From Spirochaetia bacterium (GTDB taxonomy: Bacteria; Spirochaetota; Spirochaetia; UBA9216), in NCBI GenBank assembly GCA_963675665.1, contig OY776510.1, positions 3,872,001 to 3,936,000 on the forward strand: a DNA stretch of 64,000 nucleotides, in the 5' to 3' direction. Below are positions 21,192 to 30,246 of this stretch, in pieces. A program made the position numbers and the translations under genes. The notes under the pieces are model-generated. The model was not told where the DNA came from, searched no databases, and saw nothing but the letters and a program-made list of their open reading frames with translations. Each line of letters begins with the position of its first letter. The first letter of the stretch is position 1.

Positions 21192-21800
21192 CTAATCCCC
21201 TGTAATAATGATACCGTTTAAAATCATTGTTATGGATTCAATTATCTCTTCAATTATCCTTTTTTGTCTTGCTTCTTCAGAAACTGTATCATCATACTTT
21301 TGCCTGTGCAGGTATTCTTTTAATGAATAAACAATATCCTGGATGATCTGGGCAGTTCTAAGTACGTTGATTTTTTTAACCTCGCCTTTCTTCATGTAAA
21401 AGGTAAAAGTATCCGCGAGATAGGCTGTTCCCTTCTTTTTTGAATAATCTACAAGCTTCTGTATATACGGATTCAGGCTGATGATGGATTCGTATGATAG
21501 CTGGTTTAAAATGCTGTTTGAATTAAGATACGAGAACCCCTCTGAGATCCAGCATAATATTCTTTGCCTGCAATCAGCTTCTTTATTTGCCTTTTCAATT
21601 ATTCTCGAAATATACCTGTCTGCTTCTTCAGTAATCATTGCAGTAAAGATTTCCTCTTTATTTTTAAAGTAGTGATAGAATGATGCCTTGTTAATTCCAA
21701 CTATTTTTGCAATATCATCCAAACTTGTCTTGTCATATCCATATTTGGAAAAGCATACGCCTGCAGCGGTAATAATTTGATTTTTTCTCTCGACAGCCAT
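21192..21800 (-). CDS. TetR/AcrR family regulator
   Basis: GYDKTSLDDIA..VGINKASFYHYFKNKEE. Imperfect inverted repeat aacctaa...ttaggtt upstream (~21816-21851). Confidence 0.93.
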   Translation of the reverse strand: MAVERKNQIITAAGVCFSKYGYDKTSLDDIAKIVGINKASFYHYFKNKEEIFTAMITEEADRYISRIIEKANKEADCRQRILCWISEGFSYLNSNSILNQLSYESIISLNPYIQKLVDYSKKKGTAYLADTFTFYMKKGEVKKINVLRTAQIIQDIVYSLKEYLHRQKYDDTVSEEARQKRIIEEIIESITMILNGIIITGD

Positions 21801-21874
21801 TTGGGAACCTCAATCAACCTAATATTCTAATATTATAACATATTGTTAGGTTATTGGCAAGCTTCATAGAAGCT

Positions 21875-22699
21875 TCATCCCATATTCAAACAGACTTTTA
21901 TTATTTTGTTCAGGCTTTTCAATTTCACTTCATCTTTTTCCGTATTTTCCAATATACTAATCCCAATAATTTCATTATTTGCCTGCAGATTTTTTAGGAT
22001 TTCCACTATTTCGCTTATTCGAAACCCATTCTGTTGTGGACATTTAACATTCCTGAATTCCAGAGGATCTATTACATCCAGATCGATATGAATATAAACT
22101 TTTTGCTTTTTCAGATCATCAATCATCGACGGATTTTCTCTGAAGTTTTCAACTGTTATCTTAGCAATTTCATTACTGTTTATGTATAAATCTTCTTCAG
22201 GGTCTAAATCTCTTGTACCTAATAATATCAGGTCGGTTTTTTCTATTTTCTTATACTTCGCTGAAATTTCATTACCTTCGATATTTTCCAGTAAAAATCT
22301 TAGCGGCATGCCATGAAATAATTTGCTGTGGGAACTTTTGGGCGAGTTCAAATCTCCATGCGCATCAAACCAGATTATTTTGAAGTTTTTTTCCTTTTCA
22401 ATAAAATATGAAATTATCGGAACTTCAACTCCGCAGCCGCCCCCGACTGTAAATAGTTTGCCGGGATTTTTTTCTTTCAGAATATTACCTATTCTTTCCA
22501 ACTGCTCTTTAATAACCGAATATCCAATAATATCTTTTTCCGGAACTATATTATCTGATTTTGAGATTTCGATTTCATCGAATTCAATCCCGAATTTTCT
22601 GATGTAATTTCCTAACGCTTCGGCACCAAAGTATAATTCATTTGTATACCCGGACCCCTGCCATTGTGCAACCAGTAAATTCAATTTACCCTCCTTCAT
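21875..22699 (-). CDS. Arginase family protein
   Basis: GGGC, WFDAHGDLN, FHGMP, HIDLDVIDP. Confidence 0.9.
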   Translation of the reverse strand: MKEGKLNLLVAQWQGSGYTNELYFGAEALGNYIRKFGIEFDEIEISKSDNIVPEKDIIGYSVIKEQLERIGNILKEKNPGKLFTVGGGCGVEVPIISYFIEKEKNFKIIWFDAHGDLNSPKSSHSKLFHGMPLRFLLENIEGNEISAKYKKIEKTDLILLGTRDLDPEEDLYINSNEIAKITVENFRENPSMIDDLKKQKVYIHIDLDVIDPLEFRNVKCPQQNGFRISEIVEILKNLQANNEIIGISILENTEKDEVKLKSLNKIIKVCLNMG

Positions 22700-22822
22700 T
22701 TTATCAATACTTTTTGTTTATCCTTAAGCGGAAAATTCTTAAATCTCGCCTGTTACTATTGAAAGTATTCTTATACTACAATCAATATAGTCAATGTCAA
22801 GATTGATTTTTTTTATTGGATT

Positions 22823-23830
22823 CTATTGTAATTTTATATCATATAGAAGTTCCATTGCCTCTTTTTCAATTTTCGCCGTATGAAAGCAAATTTTTGATGC
22901 TTTATCCAGATATTTCTGTTCCAGGGTTTTTCCGGCTTTATCAATCAGATGAGCTGTTTCAGTCCAATTGGCTGCAGCCTGTTTATACAGATCCGCAGCT
23001 TTTTTAATTCCAGTATTGCCAGGCAGGTAATCAAGACTTTCATATAAAAAGTCTCTGAAAAAATTTCTGAAAATTGCTCCACCGGTTCCACCGTTTTCCA
23101 TCAGGTCGGCCTGATCAAAGAGGTCTCTTTTGGGAGTTGGAGTACAATCAAGCCATTTTATCATTTCACCGGCCAATTTCAGAATACCTGAATATCCAAA
23201 GCACTTTAACGGCGGGTTAAGAAAATCATTAGACATTGACCGTAATACTTTTGGTATTACTTTTTCTGCAGAGGAAATTTCACCTGCTTTCCTGATTGTA
23301 TAAGAACGCGCTTTTGCAGACATGGAACCTTTTTCGAATCTTGCTTTCTCAAGATTCTCCAATGAAACCTTGTAGTTTTTTCCGGTATCAAAAATATAAG
23401 CATAACTTGAATCATATCCGTAAACGGTAACAAAATGTCCTGCAAAATGAAAACTATGATTGAAATGTTCAAGATGATAACAATCCAGCTGCAAACCGAC
23501 AGGAATGCCCCTGTCAAGCGGTTCCGATACATTTAACCAGGCTTTTTTCTTTGATGTTGTCTCTCTTTCTTCTAATTCTATTCCGATATTCCTGCAAAGC
23601 ATTCTCGTTAATTCAAAGGGTTTAGCCCGCCCCCCGATGAACGGCAAATTCATAAAACTCATTTTCCAATATATAAAACCAAATCCCTGACTCAATCCCA
23701 GCATCATTGGTTCACTGATATCAATATGCTTCTGTACAAGAAGGCTTTTTGTCGCTGCGGTTTCACAATGTTTTGCTTCAAATATTTTAAAATTATCTAT
23801 TACTCCCATATATTCAACAGCTCCCTTCAT
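22823..23830 (-). CDS. BtrH N-terminal/DUF4872 domain protein (peptidase-like fold)
   Basis: HCET, ISEPMMLG, HFAGH, GGTGGAIFRN. Confidence 0.85.
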   Translation of the reverse strand: MKGAVEYMGVIDNFKIFEAKHCETAATKSLLVQKHIDISEPMMLGLSQGFGFIYWKMSFMNLPFIGGRAKPFELTRMLCRNIGIELEERETTSKKKAWLNVSEPLDRGIPVGLQLDCYHLEHFNHSFHFAGHFVTVYGYDSSYAYIFDTGKNYKVSLENLEKARFEKGSMSAKARSYTIRKAGEISSAEKVIPKVLRSMSNDFLNPPLKCFGYSGILKLAGEMIKWLDCTPTPKRDLFDQADLMENGGTGGAIFRNFFRDFLYESLDYLPGNTGIKKAADLYKQAAANWTETAHLIDKAGKTLEQKYLDKASKICFHTAKIEKEAMELLYDIKLQ

Positions 23831-23860
23831 ATAGTTTTTCAGTAACTATATCATTTCATA

Positions 23861-23880
23861 TACGACAGCGTTATGTCATA
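23861..23880. promoter_or_regulatory. Palindromic operator TACGACA-N6-TGTCATA (YafY/WYL-type)
   Basis: Imperfect 20-bp palindrome upstream of the BtrH-like gene. A similar site TTGACA-N6-TAGCAA lies at 30207-30224. Confidence 0.5.
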
Positions 23881-23892
23881 TTAATAGATCTG

Positions 23893-23950
23893 CTTATAAT
23901 AAAATTTTCGCTTTTCATCCGGACTGCACAGCGGAGTCAAGGGCTGGTCT
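23893..23950 (-). repeat. Relic of a cassette 3' trailer (type B) with no attC body
   Basis: Aligns with 41132-41190 (ttataa...tttycgctyttc..GCAC.GCGGAGTCAAGG.CTGGTCT). Confidence 0.65.
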
Positions 23951-24200
23951 TTACATAATTCTATAAATGATTTATCAAAATCTCATTTATTGTTTCTTTT
24001 TTTCATTACTGTATTTTTTATATAATCAGCAACATAATCTTTATTTCCTGTTTTTATTGCTTTGAAAATCTCCATAATATTTACTGCTTATTAAATAGAT
24101 TTGTAAATAATGCAACAGGCAGAGTATTCATGTCGGCTTCTGTATTGATTTTCCTTAGACATTAATTGCAAGGATTATTCTATTCGTTTTTATCGTTTAA

Positions 24201-24986
24201 TTATATTATCCCTATACATTTCAGATAAGTAATTGCCTGGGAAACATTCTTTGTTGAAGTTTTATCCAATATATGCTGCCTGTGATTATTTACTGTATTT
24301 ACACTAACATAAAGTTTCTTTGCTATTTCCTTGCTGTCGAACCCCTGTGAAATTAGTTCAATAATTTCTTTTTCACGTTTTGTAATTAGATATTTCCCTA
24401 TACCGTTCTCCCTGTTAAATAAATGTTCCTCTTTTGTAATTGTATTTATAAAAAATCTTCGGGGTATACTGTTATCCGGATAATTTGATATGACATCTGA
24501 AATAATAAGCATAAGCCAGGAATTATAATACTTATCACATTCATAGATAAGCATTTGATGAAGAAATCTTATATATTCATTTTGCTTATTCTTTACACGG
24601 TAATCATAAATTAACTTGTAATTCTTTTTCTCTGCACTTTTAACAGGTTTTAGAAAATTATACATTTTTATCTCTGAATCATAGAGATAAGGTAAATCTT
24701 CTTTTGAAATCATTTCATGATAGTTTAAAACATCAACAGAACTTTCGGAATCATAACCGAGAAGTTTAATATGGTTATCCTCTTTTATTAAAAAATTATT
24801 TTTATGTATATCATAAACAGAAATAGCACGATTTTGAATTTTTGCCATTTCCTTCAGGCTTTTAATCTTCTGTTCAACCCTTTTATAGTCTGAGTCGGAA
24901 ATTTCACAATGAATTTCGCTCCGTATTTTTTTGTATTCTTCAGCAACTTTCAAATTGTTAATATTCATAAAATGATGAATTCTCAC
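24201..24986 (-). CDS. LuxR-type HTH regulator with PAS-like sensor domain
   Basis: C-terminal ITKREKEII..ISQG..SKEIA..LYVSVNTVNNHR. Confidence 0.88.
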   Translation of the reverse strand: MRIHHFMNINNLKVAEEYKKIRSEIHCEISDSDYKRVEQKIKSLKEMAKIQNRAISVYDIHKNNFLIKEDNHIKLLGYDSESSVDVLNYHEMISKEDLPYLYDSEIKMYNFLKPVKSAEKKNYKLIYDYRVKNKQNEYIRFLHQMLIYECDKYYNSWLMLIISDVISNYPDNSIPRRFFINTITKEEHLFNRENGIGKYLITKREKEIIELISQGFDSKEIAKKLYVSVNTVNNHRQHILDKTSTKNVSQAITYLKCIGII

Positions 24987-25035
24987 TATATAAACTATTT
25001 TATTTCTAATATTACACTATTTCAAGAATTTTATA

Positions 25036-25497
25036 ATGAACAAAAAGCAAGCATCCTTTTATCAAAGATATCCTCCTTCTTTACCATGTTCATGTAAAAT
25101 TTGCTTATATTTCTGTAACAGGCCCGGCTGGTGGCTTGTCTCAGAAGCACGATTGGCAATAGAAAATGGTCTCTCTCAAAAAATGATGCTTGAGTTTTCT
25201 CCGGATTTTACTTTTGCCGTATTATCTCCGGCCTTTAAAGGAAATGAATCATACTTTGCTTTGCAGCTATATTCTCAAAATAAATGTACATTCCTTCATG
25301 AAAACCGTTGCTCCATTTATAACAAACCTTTCCAGCCAGCAGAATGCAGGTTCTGTCATCATGAGCGTATTGGACAAGGAAAGAAATGCCATATTGAAAT
25401 TGGACATGATTGGAATACAAAAAAAGGCAAAAGGCTGATAAAATCCTGGTTGTCGTTGAATGATCTCAGATTGCCGCCTGCAATTAACATATTCTAA
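25036..25497 (+). CDS. Cys-rich protein (YkgJ/putative Zn- or Fe-S-binding)
   Basis: CSCKIC..FC, CTFL..NRCSIY..P.ECR.CHH. Confidence 0.72.
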   Translation: MNKKQASFYQRYPPSLPCSCKICLYFCNRPGWWLVSEARLAIENGLSQKMMLEFSPDFTFAVLSPAFKGNESYFALQLYSQNKCTFLHENRCSIYNKPFQPAECRFCHHERIGQGKKCHIEIGHDWNTKKGKRLIKSWLSLNDLRLPPAINIF

Positions 25498-25512
25498 ATG
25501 TACCTGATTCTG

Positions 25513-25613
25513 TATAACCAGGTTTTGGGCTGCCTGGCGGCGCGTGTATTCATCACGCGCATTGGTCAGATTCCGGGGTGAAGCCCATTAGCCGAAGGCG
25601 CCGTTTATTATAC
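25513..25613 (+). repeat. Degenerate solitary attC-like hairpin
   Basis: GTATAAC 15 nt after a stop, ending ATTATAC. Internal pairs GGGCT/AGCCC and GCGCGTG/CACGCGC. Confidence 0.35.
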
Positions 25614-25672
25614 TGCAGTGATGTAATGTAATTTAGCCGGGGAGTTTTCTTCAGCATAAATCAACTTTGCTA

Positions 25673-26338
25673 TTAATTATTTAGACAAAGTTTTCTCCCT
25701 AATTCATATGCCTTTTTACAATCTTCCACAAATACGGTTTCCCTTCTCTTCAGCCTTTTTTTTCCGTCAAAATATGTCATGGCGTATTTGCTGTAATCAT
25801 CAAATTGGTAAGTTGATGTTGAAGTTAAAAACTCACTATAGCCGAAAGTACGTTTCAGTAATTTTTGATTATATTTAAAAAGTTTAGGGTAACCTGCAAG
25901 CGGCAACGCAAAAGAAGGAGCATTCATTGTATAAAGAAAAGCCGTATTTATTTTTTTCCCAAAAGATGAGGGCTTGCCTTCGTAGGAAGTATATGGGAAA
26001 ATCAGACGCTCCATAAATGATTTCATTTCTCCTGTAACGGCCGTAAAATAGATTGGAGAGCCTAAAAGAAGAGCATCACACCCGCAAATTACCTGCAAAA
26101 CAGGTTCCAGATCATCTTTCATTGTGCATTTGCTTACCGAATTTCCTTTTAACTTGCATGCGAAGCAACTGGTACAGCCTTTAAATTGAATATCGTAAAG
26201 ATTGATCAGTTCAGTTTTCGCGCCTGTATCTTTTGCGCCTTCCAGGCATTTTTCAAGTAGTATATGTGTGTTCCATTCTTTTCTTGGACTTCCATTAATT
26301 GCAATAATCTTCACATTTTTCTCCATATATTTTTTCAC
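25673..26338 (-). CDS. Flavodoxin family / iron-sulfur flavoprotein
   Basis: INGSPRK.WNT, GCTSCFACK, GSPIYF. Confidence 0.92.
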   Translation of the reverse strand: MKKYMEKNVKIIAINGSPRKEWNTHILLEKCLEGAKDTGAKTELINLYDIQFKGCTSCFACKLKGNSVSKCTMKDDLEPVLQVICGCDALLLGSPIYFTAVTGEMKSFMERLIFPYTSYEGKPSSFGKKINTAFLYTMNAPSFALPLAGYPKLFKYNQKLLKRTFGYSEFLTSTSTYQFDDYSKYAMTYFDGKKRLKRRETVFVEDCKKAYELGRKLCLNN

Positions 26339-26467
26339 TACAACTACATCACAATTATTTTATTTACAATATTTGATATTTTCCGTGTATTTAATTTATC
26401 ATAAATAGATTGTTGTAACCAATAAAATTATTGACTTCTACTGAACCACAGTGTATCTTTTTTACCA

Positions 26468-26534
26468 AGCGGATCAGGCGATCTTGATTTAAGATGCAGT
26501 CGGGCTTTTGCAGCAGGCACAACCTGCGGGACCA
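26468..26534 (+). ncRNA. NiCo (czcD)-like metal riboswitch candidate
   Basis: GATCAGGC..GTCGGGC-TTTT-GCAGCAGG..CCTGCGGGAC follows the NiCo four-way-junction consensus as I recall it. Directly upstream of a CDF gene. P1 is short. Confidence 0.65.
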
Positions 26535-26591
26535 TTAACGCAGTCCCGGGCATTGCCCAAACGGCTTAACATTATCGGGGAGAACTGATCT

Positions 26592-27485
26592 ATGCTTGAT
26601 CAAAAACGTACAGGCTACTTTGAAGGTATCCTATCAGCAATTCTAAACACCGTATTATTCACATTTAAATTATGGGTCGGTACAGCAACCGGTTCCGTTG
26701 CCATTGTTGCGGACGCATGGCATACCCTCTCGGACACACTGACTTCATTAATTGTTATTTTCGGTTTCTGGGCATCCAGCCGTCCCAGCGACAAGGAACA
26801 CCCTTTCGGCCACGGCCGCGCTGAACTTGTAGGAGGAATATGTATCGGCATTCTGTTGGGAATGGTCGGCATCAACTTTCTCCAGGACTCGTATCATCAG
26901 CTGAAATCGCATGAATCGGCCGACTTCAATTTAACCGTCATCATTGTATTCAGTATTTCAGTTGTATTGAAAGAAATAATCGCCCGTTTTTCCATTCACT
27001 TCGGAAAAAAGTTCAACTCGACATCGCTGGTAGCCGACGGCTGGCACCATCGAAGCGACGCTATTGCTTCCGCCCTAATCCTCGCCGGAGTTTTCCTTGG
27101 AAAATATTTCTGGTGGATAGACGGCGTTCTGGGATTGGGAGTTTCAATCCTTATACTGAAGGTCTCTTTCAATATCATAAAAGATGCGGCATATTCGATA
27201 CTCGGAGAACCGGCCTCACAGGAATTCCTGTCTGAAATACAGGCCCTGGCAAAATCCATCGTACCGGAGATTGAAGACATCCACCACGTTCATGTTCACC
27301 GCTACGGCGACCACATTGAGGTAACCCTTCATATCCGCCTTTCAGGAAACCGCACATTGAAAGAGTCGCATGATTCAGCTACCCGGCTTGAGGTTTGCAT
27401 GAAGGAAAATATGAATGTGGAAGCAACTATCCATATGGAACCCAAATATATGGATGAAGAGTCTGTAGCATTGGATCTGAAATAG
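26592..27485 (+). CDS. Cation diffusion facilitator (FieF/CzcD family)
   Basis: ADAWHTLSD, HPFGHGRAE, ADGWHHRSD, C-terminal IHMEP. Confidence 0.95.
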   Translation: MLDQKRTGYFEGILSAILNTVLFTFKLWVGTATGSVAIVADAWHTLSDTLTSLIVIFGFWASSRPSDKEHPFGHGRAELVGGICIGILLGMVGINFLQDSYHQLKSHESADFNLTVIIVFSISVVLKEIIARFSIHFGKKFNSTSLVADGWHHRSDAIASALILAGVFLGKYFWWIDGVLGLGVSILILKVSFNIIKDAAYSILGEPASQEFLSEIQALAKSIVPEIEDIHHVHVHRYGDHIEVTLHIRLSGNRTLKESHDSATRLEVCMKENMNVEATIHMEPKYMDEESVALDLK

Positions 27486-27557
27486 CGAAATCAAAAGGAA
27501 AGACATTGTAAATTTTTCCCTGTACAAAGTTTCGGGTTTATTATGTAACATTACGAA

Positions 27558-28058
27558 TTATTCGCCGGATTTTATTTTTCCCAAAATTTCACTGATGTTT
27601 TCTTCTCCGTCAAAATAACCGACATCATTTCCTTTATAAAAGATTTCCCGTTTCGGCAATATATTAACTTTCCCGGTATCCGGATACTCACATATATCAA
27701 CTTTGTTAAGACTTCTTAGATCTATATAAACCAAAAGCTCTTCATTCGGATTATAAAGCTGATGCGCCCCGGATTCTCCCTTTTCAAATAATGCAATTTC
27801 ACCGGTTTTAATCTTGTGAATTCCTTCGGGCGTTCTCAGTTCTCCGCTTCCTGACAGGATCACAAACATTTCTTCCGCATTATGATGAAAATGATATGGA
27901 TAGGAAATTTTACCTTTTTCAAGGGACCTGATATTGCAGCAAAAATCTGTTAAATTTACCAATTCAGCAAGATCTTCAGATGTGTTCCAGGAGTATTCCG
28001 GAATTGGCGAGCTTTTGATTTCCATATGCAAATCTCCCGTTTTTATTATCTTTGACAT
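27558..28058 (-). CDS. Cupin domain protein
   Basis: YPYHFHHNAEEMF..LSG, GAHQLYN, CEYPDTGK. GAAGGAG RBS before 28058. Confidence 0.88.
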   Translation of the reverse strand: MSKIIKTGDLHMEIKSSPIPEYSWNTSEDLAELVNLTDFCCNIRSLEKGKISYPYHFHHNAEEMFVILSGSGELRTPEGIHKIKTGEIALFEKGESGAHQLYNPNEELLVYIDLRSLNKVDICEYPDTGKVNILPKREIFYKGNDVGYFDGEENISEILGKIKSGE

Positions 28059-28137
28059 AACTACTCCTTCTGGAATGCCGCGATTAATTGTACGACCGCG
28101 ATAGCGGCGTTGCGCAGGGTTTTCCCGGGGCATAATG

Positions 28138-28485
28138 TTACTGGAATTTCCCATATGCATTAACCCAGTTATCTGCTATTTCAAAAAACATCTTATATCC
28201 ATTTTTTCTAATGTAATAAACTGCTTCTTTATACTTTCTATATTTATAACCGTTTTTTGAATACCATTCACCAATTATATTGCAGGATTCCAACTCTGGA
28301 CAATCAGCACACGTGTCATGTTTCTTTTCCTGAAAACAACATAACTTGATTTTACATTTTGCTTTGGTTATATCTCTTTCACCTGTATCAAAACCAATCT
28401 TACAACCCTTACATGCTCCAGTCAAAAACGGTTTACAGGTCTTGCAATATGCACCGCAACATCCTGCATATCGATTTGGATTCAT
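28138..28485 (-). CDS. DUF3795-like Cys-rich protein
   Basis: GCCGAYCKTC, CKGC, CKIKLCC, CADC. Confidence 0.82.
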   Translation of the reverse strand: MNPNRYAGCCGAYCKTCKPFLTGACKGCKIGFDTGERDITKAKCKIKLCCFQEKKHDTCADCPELESCNIIGEWYSKNGYKYRKYKEAVYYIRKNGYKMFFEIADNWVNAYGKFQ

Positions 28486-28506
28486 TTAATCCTCCAACCA
28501 ATTTCT

Positions 28507-29994
28507 TTATTGAATAAGTAATCCCTGAGCAGAATAATGGTTTCCGTTTATGTCGACCACATTTACTTCAAGCATATCATCTGAAAACCTGTAAATATAT
28601 TTTGCGGCCCATCCAAGCGTGGGGATAACCGTATTCCAGATAATTGTATTATTATCAAAGAACGCCTTTGCAGCTATGAGTAAATTACGTTCATTTTTAT
28701 TTATATAATAATTTCCCATTAATCCCGGTTTCAGAATAGTCGGTATATTTTCACTATTATAAACGGTTAGAAATATCTCATTTTTTTGAGAATCAATTTC
28801 AAATTTTAATTTAACAGTATTAAAAACTCTTTGCTCATATTGAAATTCTTTGCCGCTGTAATATTTTAACCATTCAGGAAGCTGCTGAACAAATTCATCT
28901 GAATATTCCTCCCCTGAAGGGCTCTCGATTTGATTTTGTACAAAAACAAGTTCCTCCATGAGCTCTAATGATTCGCCTTGTTCAATTGAGGAGTCTGAAA
29001 ATTGACTGATTATTATATACTTCCCCCGTTTTATCAAATTAATTGTTTTTTCAATCACAAAAAAATCAGGTCGATGGTCCTCTATTAAAATAAAACCGTA
29101 TTTGGCTCCCGGAAAGATTGGATGAAAATGAAAAAGAACGATATCCTTGTTCTCCAAAGCCAGAGGACGGCCCGCCGTAAGGTTTTCATTGGTACTCTCC
29201 GAAAAATAAGGATGATCTTCAGCGGCATAAACGAGATCGGTATATCGAATGTCTGAGAAGTTCATTGCCTGTGTATAAGTAAGATCTAAAGGGTGCCAAA
29301 CACCTTCTTCATCCATAAATTCAACCCATTCATGATGAAAATCATACTGGTCCTGATGCTCCTGATTCAACACAACGCCGGATATTGAGCGAGCGGGAAT
29401 TCCATTTGCCCGGCACAATGCGATAAATAATCTTGAGAAATTAATACAGACCCCTTTCCGCTGGAATAGCGTCTGCGATGCTGATATAGAAGCGGGAGCC
29501 CGGTGGAACTTCTGATCAAACTTTAGATGACCGATGACAAAGTCGCTGATAGCTCTAACATTCTCTTCGACAGTTTTTGTGCCGTCAAATATTTGATGGG
29601 CTTGTTCACGTATGGCGGAATCTTCCGAATCGATGAAACGGGAAGGAGTAATCCAGGCTGCAGCCGTTTCATTACCATGGCGGTATGTCGATACGTTTTC
29701 CTTCTGGAGGGTGTAGCGTACAGTCATAATAGAGTACTTACTGAGCTCATTACAGGAGATCCGGGCCCAATATCCCCCGTACCCATCATATATTTTTTCA
29801 TATGGCACAATACGATCATTTAATAATATTTCAATCCCATTTGTTTCCAGAGATGAGCGACCGATTGGTATTAACAATGATGTTCCCAGCGGTAACATCT
29901 GTATTGATTTATTAGTCTGACTATAAACTCCCGGTATGAAACATATAATCAACAATGAAAAAAATACAACGTTTAAAAAGAATCTCCGTTTCAA
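28507..29994 (-). CDS. Exported transglutaminase-like protein
   Basis: GVCINFS..LCRANGIPAR, HEWVE, LDLT (Cys-His-Asp triad); signal peptide. Confidence 0.85.
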   Translation of the reverse strand: MKRRFFLNVVFFSLLIICFIPGVYSQTNKSIQMLPLGTSLLIPIGRSSLETNGIEILLNDRIVPYEKIYDGYGGYWARISCNELSKYSIMTVRYTLQKENVSTYRHGNETAAAWITPSRFIDSEDSAIREQAHQIFDGTKTVEENVRAISDFVIGHLKFDQKFHRAPASISASQTLFQRKGVCINFSRLFIALCRANGIPARSISGVVLNQEHQDQYDFHHEWVEFMDEEGVWHPLDLTYTQAMNFSDIRYTDLVYAAEDHPYFSESTNENLTAGRPLALENKDIVLFHFHPIFPGAKYGFILIEDHRPDFFVIEKTINLIKRGKYIIISQFSDSSIEQGESLELMEELVFVQNQIESPSGEEYSDEFVQQLPEWLKYYSGKEFQYEQRVFNTVKLKFEIDSQKNEIFLTVYNSENIPTILKPGLMGNYYINKNERNLLIAAKAFFDNNTIIWNTVIPTLGWAAKYIYRFSDDMLEVNVVDINGNHYSAQGLLIQ

Positions 29995-30058
29995 ATATTT
30001 TCTCCTGTTGTATATAATACCTTATAATCAGCAGTTTTATGTAAATTAATCTCCATTC

Positions 30059-30108
30059 CCGTCATGGACGGAGGGCGTATGCTGAGGCTGTATATTTGCT
30101 TGTTATGT
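30059..30108 (-). repeat. Internally deleted attC plus cassette-leader relic
   Basis: CCGTCATGGACGG leader hairpin fused through GGGC to GTATGCTGAGGCTGTATATTTGCTTGTTA, which is homologous to 34694-34722. Confidence 0.7.
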
Positions 30109-30148
30109 CATTTTGAATATCAATTATTACCAGGGCTTTTTTCTGCAT
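30102..30148 (-). pseudogene. 5' remnant (16 codons) of an isochorismatase/cysteine hydrolase gene
   Basis: MQKKALVIIDIQNDIT contains the ALxxIDxQND motif. It is divergent from the WYL gene and is cut exactly at TAAC|attC sequence. Confidence 0.65.
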
Positions 30149-30246
30149 AGTGTTTACTCTTTACTGGCAGATTTATATGTTTACTTTGATATTATACCAG
30201 CAATTATTGACAACAGTATAGCAACATTTCATAATAAGGCGATCAG

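Noticed and set aside
28070-28140. GC-rich spacer as a possible attC
   Set aside because: No convincing TAAC...GTTA pair or paired arms.
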